Shown piece after piece: positions 32,897 through 43,290 of a stretch of 64,000 bases of DNA. A program made the translations under genes and the position numbers. The notes under the pieces were generated by a model, which worked only from the letters and a program-made list of their open reading frames with translations, was not told the origin of the DNA and ran no database searches. Numbering within the stretch: the stretch's first letter is position 1; each line of letters starts with the position of its first letter. The stretch comes from Naegleria gruberi (lineage: Eukaryota), in NCBI GenBank assembly GCA_000004985.1, contig GG738860.1; one strand, written 5' to 3'.

Positions 32897-32977
32897 GTTG
32901 AGGTGGCCGAGTGGTTAAGGCGCCAGCCTGCTAAGTTGGTGGAGTAATCCGCGTGGGTTCGAATCCCATCCTCAACG
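32897..32977 (+). tRNA. tRNA-Ser (anticodon GCU), with an oligo-T Pol III terminator immediately downstream (32978-32984)
   Basis: Hand-folded cloverleaf. The acceptor stem is GTTGAGG/CCTCAAC. The A box is TGGCCGAGTGG. The anticodon loop CTGCTAA gives anticodon GCT. A long variable arm is present, as expected for class II Ser tRNAs. The B box is GGTTCGAATCC. The gene is followed by TTTTTTT. Confidence 0.9.
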
Positions 32978-33070
32978 TTTTTTTACCAATCCATTTTTTG
33001 TTTGTCACAGCAAAATTTTGCTTTTCCTTTAGTTCACAACCAGAGAGTTACAAAGAATGATACAATTTAT

Positions 33071-33394
33071 TTAATCATCAAAATCATTATTTACACTACT
33101 CAAGCTTCTACTAGTATTGATTGCATTATCCACTTTAGTACTATTTGAAGAATTGAGTTTTTCTTGTAGATATTCATCGTAGGTGAGTGAGGCTTTGGAT
33201 GATTGATATCTTTCAGAATCGATTATCTCAAGTAATGAATCAGTTATTTTACCTCTATAGCCAGTTTTTCTGATGAGTGAGTGAATAGTCTCTTCTTGAT
33301 TCCATTCTTGCTCCTTGGAAACTTCAGGAAGATAGGTCTAAAATCAAAATTAGGTTGACCAAAAAATCAGTTAAACTTACACCACTATAACTCA
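33071..33394 (-). CDS. AMMECR1-like protein, 3' terminal exons only (partial; the gene is interrupted by the 50-N assembly gap at 33395-33444)
   Basis: The last exon (33071-33337) encodes TYLPEVSKEQEWNQEETIHSLIRKTGYRGKITDSLLEIIDSERYQSSKASLTYDEYLQ..., which matches the AMMECR1 C-terminal consensus (VTYLPEVAkEQGWd...TIdsLlRKgGYk..IT.....). It is preceded by a ttttag acceptor and GTAAGT donor, with a micro-exon abutting the gap. Confidence 0.6.
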
Positions 33395-33444
33395 NNNNNN
33401 NNNNNNNNNNNNNNNNNNNNNNNNNNNNNNNNNNNNNNNNNNNN
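33395..33444. other. Assembly gap (50 N) inside the AMMECR1-like gene
   Basis: Run of N in the sequence. Confidence 1.
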
Positions 33445-33753
33445 TCAAAACAATGCTCACACATATCAGTGGAGGCTCTATTTTGTTCTGCCATTCTCTA
33501 TATTCCTGTTCTGTACTAGTATTATCAGCAATATATACTACAATTCTACAATCCAATCTTTGGAAAAACAATTCAAACCCTTCACTATGAAACAAAAGCC
33601 TGAAAATTTGCAATAATTAAATTCTCTCCTTGTTTTTCTAACTTGTTCTATTTTTGTTTTTTTGAAAACGTTGAGGAATTTGAAAAAGGGATGATAAACT
33701 GTTTCGGTACTAAATTCAATCAACGTATTGTTGTTTTATTCAGTTTATTGAGT

Positions 33754-34771
33754 TTATTGTTCTGTGGTGGTGGTGGTAGTAGAGGCAGACGCGTTGTTGT
33801 CATTATTCTTATTGTAAAGTTGATAATAATTGGTGTAGGATGGATAATTCATTTCAATTCTCTTTTGACAACCTTTAGCTGTTGTTTGGTGGAATTCTTT
33901 AGGGAGGAAGGTGAGTGCCCAATCATAAATAACATTGGGAATGAGGCCTCCAGGTGTAACCTGTGTGACACACCAAAATTCACATCTCTTTTTTATAATG
34001 ATTATTGTAAAATATTGTAAATTATTGTCAGCTTACATTTTCATCTATTGGGCTAACTTTCATACCCAAAAATAAAACAGTGGTTCTAACATATTCTGAT
34101 TTAGTTTCCTTTGGGAATGAATCTGCACTCTTACCAATCATCAAGTAGGTATTAGTTTTTTCATCGTATTTCTCTGCATTGACTGTCATTAAATCACGTG
34201 AGCTCACAATTAAATTCCCCTTCTTGACTAAATATTCCAAAACTTGATTTTGTGGCTAAATTATTTCCAATTATTATTATTATTAATATTATTTCACAAA
34301 ATAATTACCTTTCCAGGAATGTTAAAAATTTGTACAATTTCTCTTCCAGCTTCTCTGTTGTCCCACAAATAACGAAAATCATACGCTCTCAAAACATCAT
34401 AAAACACTTGAATTGGATAATTAACAATCATCTTGTACTTGTGTCTGACTGTTAAATGAGAATGTTCTTCACTAATGGTTTTAGATCCTCCTTCACCATT
34501 TAATTTCTTCCACATGATTCTATCCTCTTCCTCGAATAATAATTTATAGTCACCATCCTTATCCTCAATTTCACTCTCTAATTTATCAAAATCCGAAAAT
34601 TCCTATTTCCACAATTTTTCCTTGGTCAAGCATTAATTTCCATCACACAAAACATACCACAAGAGGAAATTTATATTGTTCAAATTTTTCAAAGCTATCG
34701 GAAACTATCTCTTCAAGCTTTGGTTTGATGAAGAGTGATTGTGCAGGTGTCGACGAGAACCATCCAGCCAT
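33754..34771 (-). CDS. START (StAR-related lipid-transfer, PCTP-like) domain protein, multi-exon (4 or more exons; first exon 34706-34771)
   Basis: Exon 1 (MAGWFSSTPAQSLFIKPKLEEIVSDSFEKFEQYKFPLV|GTATGT) was joined in-frame to EFSDFDKLESEIEDKDGDYKLLFEEEDRIMWKKLNGEGG...VFYDVLRAYDFRYLWDNREAG..., which fits the START-domain pattern Y.DV....YR..WD. The C-terminal exon ends ...TTTTTTEQ*. Confidence 0.5.
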
Positions 34772-34895
34772 TTTTTATTGTTGTGTGTTGCAATAATTTG
34801 GAAGGTGTTGGAGGCATAGGCGGAATACTGAACTCCGCTGTACTTACTGATTTCTCGTCCCCAAGCAGGGCAAGACAATTAGTAATAGAGAGAGC

Positions 34896-36228
34896 TTATA
34901 AATTCCACATTGGACGATGATTTGGTTCTTTGAGGGATGGTACTGCTACGAGTTCATTATTGTTTTCCTTCACTTCAACAATTACATTGGACATTTCATC
35001 CATTTCATCAAAGATTAAATGTTCGAGTGATCTGAATGGTTTAACCCAGCCCTTTATCTGGGAAGCTCTCATTCTCTCATCTTTGCATCTGTAGGTGACA
35101 ATATTGAAATTGGATCTTTTCCAATAGGGAGCTAATTTAGCTTCCTCTTCATTGTCATTCTCAAAGAACGTTTCATTAATTCTCGAGAGGAAACCCTCAT
35201 GGGAGTCATGTTGACTTGCTGATGGTGGGGGTGTAATTAATTCTCTACCAACTGTTTGATTAATCATATCAGTACTCTTCTTTTTGAAATCAGTCCACTT
35301 TTCCCATAATTCTTGCTTGTTAAGAATAACTTTGGTGTATAATTTGATGCTCGCGTATTTAGGCCACATTGTTGAGCTATTTAAAATATGAGCTATTTTC
35401 AAACCATTTGATGTCCAATAGGCACAATTTCCTCTTTCTGCAATTCCAGAAAACCATGAAAAGCCCTTAAATAAGTTATAAATTGGTCCATTAACCATAC
35501 TATATTTGGCCATATTCAAATCACCCAATTTTTGAGTTTCCACAAAATATTCATGCATTTGTTTAATGTATTCTTCTGGCCATTCCTCAAATCTGAAAGA
35601 AATCATTGTTCTCGAATAAATTCCACCTTGTTCATTACCATCATCCACTGTACATTTACTGCATGTTTAATTCACAACATGTCAACCAATATATAATTAT
35701 TCCATTAAACATACCTCGGATGTCCAAACAAATAATCATCAGCAGGTATAAAATTCACCATTCTATGACCTGGTTTTCCAACAACTATTACAAAGATGAC
35801 AAAATATTCAGAATAATATTTCAACAATTAAAATACCTACTATTCATCACTATTGATTTTCCATCTTCTGGATTAGTATATCGAATAGCAGAGTGACCAT
35901 ACGGATTCACTGATGAATCCGAACTAAATATCCTCGTCGTTAACAATGAAGGAGTCACATAAATATATTCAAAAGCAGGAGCCTTCTTCTTCCCCAGCAG
36001 AGAATCAATCTCTGTTAATGCTGTTTCTTTATTAATCACCTCCCTCATATCTTGATGCTGAATTGCTTTAGAAAAACATTGTTTCTTCATCATTGCTCTT
36101 GAAAAAGGATAATCATTATTCTTGTTGATTAATAATTTCCGAGATAAAGTAAAAGCTGTAGTAGTTGTACTAAAACGCGATAATGATCTCAACATTTTTT
36201 TGATTGAATTTCTTTCAGTAAAAGGCAA
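34896..36228 (-). CDS. Conserved hypothetical protein with a predicted N-terminal mitochondrial presequence, multi-exon (5' exon 35821-36228, internal small exons, 3' exon 34896-35648)
   Basis: The N-terminus MPFTERNSIKKMLRSLSRFSTTTTAFTLSRKLL is basic, hydroxylated and non-acidic. There are two long ORF blocks in the same orientation, linked by short exons (…VVGKPGHRMVNFIPADDYLFGHPR…). Family not recognised. Confidence 0.4.
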
Positions 36229-36359
36229 GGAATAGATTCAATCAAATTCATGTAGTTGCTACTGTGAACTTTCTATGCCATCAGATTGTTAATTGTCAGT
36301 AATTGGTGGAAATAAGTGATTACAAAATATTTTAAACCAATTCGAATATTAGAAAAAAC

Positions 36360-38042
36360 ATGTCAAAGAGACCAGCCGAATCTTCTTCCGAAGATGAAGA
36401 AGAAGATTACTCATCAGAGGAGGAGAATGTACAAGAATCGTCATCAATTAAAACTAAACCAATTCAAGTAAATCCACTCCATGCCGATAAGATTGTTCGA
36501 CAAATATTGATTAAACCCAAATGGCATGCCAAGATTGACAATAAGAGAATTATTAAAAAGTGGAGAGACGAATGTACCAAACAAGGTATATCAAACTCTA
36601 GTTTTGATGTTGGAATTGATATCTTACGTGATATCAAAGCAATTTCCCACTCTGTTCACTATTGTTGTGGATATTGTGGTGCTCAACCAAAGAAGAAACT
36701 ATTCTCTGATCCCGATAGTGATGCAGAAGAATTGAATGAAGATGAAGAACTTTTCGATGGAACTCTTGAAGATAAGAAACCGAGTAAAAAGAAGAAAAAA
36801 GTAATGAGGATTTCATATTCGGACGATGAGGAGTATAATGATGATGATGGTGAAAGAAGATCATATAGGAGGTCAACCAAGTTTTGTCTTTGTCCATGTG
36901 CTCATTGTGCATTTAAGGAACAGAAAGTTGGACCAGATGTATGTGTTGAGAAGGAAGATTGGATTCCAGAAGAGTTGACTGAAAGATTGAAGAAACATTT
37001 GAATTCTTTGGTGGAGAGTACACCTAAGGAGGAATGGGATTGGCATCCTGGTTCAAATCAACAAGTTCTCGATATTATCCATCCTTCATTGTATTGCTAT
37101 TCGAAAGAGCATAGTATTTTGAAAGGGGATACGAAAAAAAAGTTGGTAAAGAATATGAAACAGATTAACACTCAATGGCTACCAACAGATTTTGAAGTTG
37201 ACAAACAAGGAAATGTCAAACCACTTTCCTATATCAATAACATTAATCCAACATCACAGAAAGAATTACAAGATACTATTTGTGAGGTCTTGTCACATTT
37301 AACTCAACCAGTCAAGAAATTTGTCAAGTTCAAAAAGAAGGTTCAAGTAATTGTCAAGGCAGCAAATGTAATTGTCACTCCAGAACAAGGTTTCTATCCA
37401 GGTGGTACTTGGCACTCAGAAGGGGATACTGAGAATATTGTAGCTACTGCCATCTTTTATTATGAATGTCAAAATGTGAAGGAAAGTGTTTTGGAATTTA
37501 GATCTTCATTGGATGAGGAAAGTTTTTTTGGTATTGAGCAAGATAATGTAAAACAAGCTTGGGACAGATGTAATGTAAGTTACCTTAATTCAATATTCAT
37601 CAATTAATTTCTCAAATTTCTTTGAAAGATTCATGATCGTGATAAATTATTCACAATTTTGGGAAATGTCAAAACCACAGAAGGAAAATGCATCTTCTTC
37701 CCAAATACCCATCAACACAGAGTTAGACATTTCTTCCCAAAGGATCCAACTGAGGTTGCCACCAGAAAAATTCTTGTCTTTTTCTTTGTTGATCCAGAAA
37801 AGCCAATTGTTTCAACTTCAAACATTGATAATCAGAGGAGAGATGCTGCCATTTCGAATGCATTCCCTCTCGTTAAAAAGTTACCTTATCCAATTCTTAT
37901 TAAGGAGATTATTCCATTCCTTCCTTTGATGAGTAAGGCACAAGCCGAAGAGGTTCGTGAGCAATTGATGGAGAGTAGAAAGTACAAAAGGGATGAACAA
38001 AATGAATTATACGAAAGAGAATTCTCATTATGTGAACATTAA
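36360..38042 (+). CDS. DUF4246-family protein (fungal-type), 2 exons (36360-37574, 37629-38042)
   Basis: The motifs ...FYPGGTWHSEGDTENIVATAIFYYECQNV... and ...GNVKTTEGKCIFFPNTHQHRVRHFFPKDPT... are characteristic of DUF4246. The intron is GTAAGT...ctttgaaag, with phase verified. Confidence 0.55.
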
Positions 38043-38159
38043 ATTCTACCAAATTATTGAAATTTATTCCTGGTTATTATTAATATTAATATTAAAAATT
38101 ACTAGAATGAAGTTGATGAACTCAACGCAATCACAATATTAATAAAACAATTAAAAAAA

Positions 38160-39539
38160 ATGATTAGAAGAAGAGTTTCGGATCAATCTTCATCATCTTC
38201 GGGTGCTTCTCCTTCATCATCAAAAACAAGACAACACCAACTATTAAATAATATAACTCTACCAAATACTAATACTAGCAATAGTGTACTACCATCAACA
38301 TCAGCATCTGTTGGATCGACTGCGGAATCGACTGCTAAAATTAATGAAAAAACAAAATATGAATTGAGTACATTGCTACATAAACATTGCTCAAAGGATG
38401 CTGATGCCTATGTTGAGGATGCAATTTTACATAAATTTAAATCAATACTAAAGCAAGGAGATGTCTATGTTGAGACTGCTTATCATCAATTGATAAAATC
38501 GATATTGACAAAGAAGAATTCCACCATTCGATATTTTGCATTGACTTTTATTCATGAAGCAATGAGAAGTAAACGATTTAGAACACTTCTGGCTCAGGAT
38601 TTTAAGGAATTTATTATATTGACAGTGGCAGGTAGTCCAGCAAGTAGGACGGATGCTGCCACTTCGAACGTTAGTAGTGGTAAAGATAATGCATTCCTAA
38701 CGAGGAAAAATTCAAAATATAGTGCTATTTGTGTGCCTGATGTGTTGCCTCCACCTGAGAAATCTGCAATGAAATTGAGAGCAAAGGCATTGGAATATAT
38801 TGAAAATTGGAGTGAAACATATGGTCAATTGTATCCATCTTTTCAAAAAGGATATGAGTATATTGAAAAGAAATTGAGATTTCAATTTCCTAAACTGAGA
38901 GAACATCATCTCAATCAAGTTCAAATTCGAAATGAAAGACAAAGACATAGACAAACTATTTTATTGGGAAAATTTAAGAATATTAAGGATAATGATTTTG
39001 AAAAGATGGCCCACATTGAAGTGTGTCTGAGACAACTCGAGGTTTGTCTCGAACAGATTATTCCATCATTTGAAGAAATGATGAAAATTGCAATTAGAGA
39101 GGACGAATCAGTCAATCCACCTGTCACTATTGATCCAAACTTTAATTATATTGAAACTATAAATTCAACCTCTGATGAGAATATAACCGAGCAAAATAAT
39201 GTACAAAACGATAATTATAATGTAAATATGGATAACTATGAAATAACTGCGGAGGAAAATGAAGAGGATGAATGGGAAGAGGTAACAGGTTATCAAGAGG
39301 AAGAGGATGAAAACTCTGTGCCTCTAGACATTGATGACATGATGAAAGATGTTGGTATCTTCTCGAATGATTATGAGATTACAATTGATTTGAAAGATAT
39401 TTTCCAAGACCAGGAAACTATTGACAATACCACACTCTTTGAAATTTGTAAGGAAAATTTACGTACACTGAGGAAGACATACTTTCCTCAAATTAAGGAA
39501 TGGATGAGAATAATGACTGCTATTAAAAGAACCAGGTGA
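38160..39539 (+). CDS. Hypothetical protein with an N-terminal VHS/CID-like helical domain and an acidic C-terminus
   Basis: Residues ~70-200 (KYELSTLLHKHCSKDADAYVEDAILHKFKSIL...IRYFALTFIHEAMRSKRFRTLLAQDFKEFI) resemble an ENTH/VHS/CID super-helical fold. The C-terminal third is acidic and low complexity. Confidence 0.35.
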   Translation: MIRRRVSDQSSSSSGASPSSSKTRQHQLLNNITLPNTNTSNSVLPSTSASVGSTAESTAKINEKTKYELSTLLHKHCSKDADAYVEDAILHKFKSILKQGDVYVETAYHQLIKSILTKKNSTIRYFALTFIHEAMRSKRFRTLLAQDFKEFIILTVAGSPASRTDAATSNVSSGKDNAFLTRKNSKYSAICVPDVLPPPEKSAMKLRAKALEYIENWSETYGQLYPSFQKGYEYIEKKLRFQFPKLREHHLNQVQIRNERQRHRQTILLGKFKNIKDNDFEKMAHIEVCLRQLEVCLEQIIPSFEEMMKIAIREDESVNPPVTIDPNFNYIETINSTSDENITEQNNVQNDNYNVNMDNYEITAEENEEDEWEEVTGYQEEEDENSVPLDIDDMMKDVGIFSNDYEITIDLKDIFQDQETIDNTTLFEICKENLRTLRKTYFPQIKEWMRIMTAIKRTR

Positions 39540-39763
39540 TATTTTCTCAATGTATTGACATGAAAACAAGATTACTACTGTATTTGACAAGTGTGAAAAA
39601 CTCAAAATTGAAAACTTTGAGGCAATAGAAAAGACCAAATCAATGGAAAAGCAAATTGAAGCAGCAAGGAAAATTGAAGAGGAAATTATTGAGGATTTGA
39701 TTCTTAAAAGAAAACGAAACAATACTGACTCTAGTAAAAATAAAAAGCAAAAGATGAAATAAT

Positions 39764-40936
39764 TTATGATTGTTGGGTAGTTGTTTGTTGTTCAGTTGTT
39801 GTGGATGGAGTTGAAGAAACAAAGAATGATTTGATAAGGGCAGCAAAATTGTTGGCCATGTCATCACTTGGGAATTGAGCAAAACCGTGGACAACCTTTG
39901 GAGTTCTGAAATGTTTGAGTGTAGATGTACCATTAGAAGCTTCAGTAACAACACGAGCAAATTCAGCAGCTTCATCTCTCAAAATGTCATATTCAGCAGT
40001 AATGACGAAACCTCCAGGAAGCTTTGAGTAAACCTTAGCTCTAGCATCAGGATCACGAGTATCCAATGCACTCATAACTGAAAAGTATGGATTGGCAGCA
40101 GCTTCTTCATCTGAAACTTGGGTTCCAAGAAGATATCTCCAAAACTTCTCAAGAACTGGACTATCCAAAACAAATCCAAAATCTCCAAATAATTTGTAAG
40201 ATTCAAACTTGGTTCTATTAGCAGGATAATAGTGAAGAGCTGGATAGAAGAGAGCTTGTTGATGAATTTTTGGAATTTGTTCCTTCTTGACAATTTCCTG
40301 ATCTGCCATCAATAACCTAACAAGGGCATGTGAAGTAATATGACCACCAGCAGAGTCACCAGAAACAGTGAGTTGATTAAGATTGGCATTATACTTTTCA
40401 TCCCTCAAATTCTTTCCAACCCAAGTCAATGCATTCAATAAATCATTCAAACAAGCTGGGAAAACATTTTCTGGAGCTTTTCTATATCCAACACTGACAA
40501 CTACAAATCCCTTCTCTGACATTTTTCTACAGAATGAATCATAAACGTCAATATGATTTAAAACCCATCCACCACCATGAGTATAAACTAATACTGGATA
40601 TCCACCTGGACGATGTTGTTTTGGTGTGTAAATTCTCAATAAATATTGTGCCATATCACTTGTTGAATCCATCTCTTTCAAATACAATTCCGATGATGAA
40701 ATATTATATTGAATTTGATGAGTAGTTTTTTGCAATAAACTAGATTCCATAGTAGTATTTCTAACCTTGTACAATTCCTGTCTGAATTTTACAATATCTG
40801 CAAATCTAACAGATAATTTAAATACCATACTCTTATAATATAATTGGAATGATAAATCAGGAAATAAAATCAACGGATACAATGCATAGGCAACAAGCAC
40901 CAACAAGAGTGCCAAAATTCCGAATGCCACCTTCAT
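39764..40936 (-). CDS. Alpha/beta-hydrolase fold-3 esterase/lipase (arylacetamide deacetylase / HSL-like) with an N-terminal membrane anchor. Start assigned to MKVAFGILALLL... (ATG at 40934-40936); the ORF extends further upstream to 41167
   Basis: The oxyanion-hole motif is VLVYTHGGGW. The nucleophile elbow is VSGDSAGGHIT. The N-terminus is a hydrophobic signal-anchor. Confidence 0.8.
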   Translation of the reverse strand: MKVAFGILALLLVLVAYALYPLILFPDLSFQLYYKSMVFKLSVRFADIVKFRQELYKVRNTTMESSLLQKTTHQIQYNISSSELYLKEMDSTSDMAQYLLRIYTPKQHRPGGYPVLVYTHGGGWVLNHIDVYDSFCRKMSEKGFVVVSVGYRKAPENVFPACLNDLLNALTWVGKNLRDEKYNANLNQLTVSGDSAGGHITSHALVRLLMADQEIVKKEQIPKIHQQALFYPALHYYPANRTKFESYKLFGDFGFVLDSPVLEKFWRYLLGTQVSDEEAAANPYFSVMSALDTRDPDARAKVYSKLPGGFVITAEYDILRDEAAEFARVVTEASNGTSTLKHFRTPKVVHGFAQFPSDDMANNFAALIKSFFVSSTPSTTTEQQTTTQQS

Positions 40937-41967
40937 GATAATTCTAATGCTGCTGACCACTAAAACAAAAACACAAACTCCTGGTGTGCAAAGCTGCTGA
41001 TCTTTATATTTTTTTTTTAAAGCGAAAGAGCGAAAACCAAGCGAAAATTTATTATTATTCCCTTGCTCAATGCTCAATAAGAATTTCAATGGTTCAATTA
41101 TTTGGAAATAGAAGGTCAGATTTACATATTGAGGTGATTTTTGTGGAGTAAGGTGGGTGGTGTTCAATATTTTTTGAAGGTTAATTGGCGAAGTATCATC
41201 ATGATGTTGGGACTTGAGATTTTCTTGGTGGAAATTTAGTACATTAAGCGAGTTATCATTGTATCGAGATTGTTTGCAGCCTCTGTGAAATCTATCTCTT
41301 CCATTCCTTGCTGAGTGTATTGCCAGAGGTGAATCTTTCTTTTGAAATTGGAGGTGAAGATAGAATGAAAATCTTGTAATGTCTTAGTGATTGAAGCAGA
41401 GTTGACGAGGTGAGACATTTTCAAAGTGTCAGATTAGAATACTATTTGAGGGAATTGTAATTTTGTTACTATAATCGCCTCCTTTCAACTGAAGAGTTGG
41501 TCCCAATGCAGAAAGAGATCCATATGAATGAACTGACGTAAAGCATGCCTTTGGCTTCTGAATACTATCTAGAGTAGAAATTGTTTGGTTTAAATATTTC
41601 ACTTGGCAAATCATTCATCAGAGGATAGTCAAACTCTGAACATCCCATTTGAATAATGCACATCATCTGGAACTAGATTATTCCACATTTTCCTCAAATT
41701 TCCACGTGCAAATTCACCAGGAAATCGTAAAAAGCTGTTATTTTGTTCCCTAAGCCTTTTCACCAAGTTTTCATTACCAATACACCAATCTACCATCACA
41801 CTCCTCGACTTGAAACTCTGTGAATTGTCTTGATAAAAGTAAACATTCGGATCACCTTTTGGCTCATCCTCGGAGAGGGTTTGTTCTTCATAAATATTCT
41901 CGATAAAATCTCTTCCAATTCTTGTTCCTCCAATTCCATTTTGTTTTTGAAATATTTATTAATATTT

Positions 41968-43029
41968 TTACAATAATTTCAAATGTTTTGTAACAGTATC
42001 AATTAATTCTACAGGAGCTGGACCAATTCCAAGTACTGTTTTCGATCCAGCTTCAATTTGAGTTCTTCCAGCATCAACAACAAGATAACAATTCAAACGT
42101 TGTTGTAAACATTTTTGAAATAAATTATCCAATTCCTTATCACTATCTGCTTTAAGACAAATCTTAGCTTCAGCTGTTACTTCCCAGTCATGTAAATATT
42201 GTTTCCATTGTTGCATATCTTGGTTGGTGATTTGTGTTGGCTCTGAATTTGATGATGAAAATAATAATTGAGTTTGAGCAAAATAGGAGGTGTTTTCATA
42301 GAGAATATTTCTATAGAGACCGACAGCTGCATGACAACATTGAGCAGCAATCTTTCCTTTACCCATATTCAAATCATTTCTAACAACAAATACCATCTTG
42401 TAAGCCTTTGATGTCGGGAATGATTTCATCAAATATTCTTGATATTTTTGATNNNNNNNNNNNNNNNNNNNNNNNNNNNNNNNNNNNNNNNNNNNNNNNN
42501 NNNNNNNNNNNNNNNNNNNNNNNNNNNNNNNNNNNNNNNNNNNNNNNNNNNNNNNNNNNNNNNNNNNNNNNNNNNNNNNNNNNNNNNNNNNNNNNNNNNN
42601 NNNNNNNNNNNNNNNNNNNNNNNNNNNNNNNNNNNNNNNNNNNNNNNNNNNNNNNNNNNNNNNNNNNNNNNNNNNNNNNNNNNNNNNNNNNNNNNNNNNN
42701 NNNNNNNNNNNNNNNNNNNNNNNNNNNNNNNNNNNNNNNNNNNNNNNNNNNNNNNNNNNNNNNNNNNNNNNNNNNNNNNNNNNNNNNNNNNNNNNNNNNN
42801 NNNNNNNNNNNNNNNNNNNNNNNNNNNNNNNNNNNNNNNNNNNNNNNNNNNNNNNNNNNNNNNNNNNNNNNNNNNNNNNNNNNNNNNNNNNNNNNNNNNN
42901 NNNNNNNNNNNNNNNNNNNNNNNNNNNNNNNNNNNNNNNNNNNTGTGTTCTTGTGATGACATTTTTTAATGAGTTGGAATTATTTTGAAAATAATCACAT
43001 GAGGAATAAATTGCAGAATTGAACATCAA
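41968..43029 (-). CDS. PTH2: Peptidyl-tRNA hydrolase 2 (PTH2). The 5' part of the gene is interrupted by the 490-N assembly gap (42454-42943), so the N-terminus and the start are unreliable
   Basis: The C-terminal catalytic domain is KMVFVVRNDLNMGKGKIAAQCCHAAVG...CYLVVDAGRTQIEAGSKTVLGIGPAPVELIDTVTKHLKLL, a PTH2 signature. Confidence 0.8.
   Translation of the reverse strand: MMFNSAIYSSCDYFQNNSNSLKNVITRTXXXXXXXXXXXXXXXXXXXXXXXXXXXXXXXXXXXXXXXXXXXXXXXXXXXXXXXXXXXXXXXXXXXXXXXXXXXXXXXXXXXXXXXXXXXXXXXXXXXXXXXXXXXXXXXXXXXXXXXXXXXXXXXXXXXXXXXXXXXXXXXXXXXXXXXXXXXXXXXXXXXXXQKYQEYLMKSFPTSKAYKMVFVVRNDLNMGKGKIAAQCCHAAVGLYRNILYENTSYFAQTQLLFSSSNSEPTQITNQDMQQWKQYLHDWEVTAEAKICLKADSDKELDNLFQKCLQQRLNCYLVVDAGRTQIEAGSKTVLGIGPAPVELIDTVTKHLKLL
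42454..42943. other. Assembly gap (490 N) inside the PTH2 gene. The poly-X ORFs in this region are artefacts
   Basis: Run of N in the sequence. Confidence 1.
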
Positions 43030-43290
43030 TCTCGAGCCAATAAATTCACAAACAATTAAGAACTCTCCAATTAGACTTTAGATAGTTAAGGGATTGTTGA
43101 CGGAAGAGAATTTCATGTTTTATAGTTAGTATTTATAGAAATTAATAACAATAATAATTTGTACTTCACAACAGGAAAGTTGAAGAAACAATAATTTTCA
43201 AGTGGAAACTTTACAATTTCTTTCATCAAGAGGATTATCCAATCAATCAATTATTGAAATAAAAAAAAATTCAAATCACCCAGATCTTCT

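Noticed and set aside
33643-34020. 125-aa plus-strand ORF with a GGGG/RRVVV low-complexity stretch
   Set aside because: It is antisense to the C-terminal exon of the START-domain gene (poly-Thr codons giving poly-Gly/Val). It is a shadow ORF.
42408-42969. Several ORFs consisting almost entirely of X residues
   Set aside because: They are translations of the 490-N assembly gap, not real sequence.
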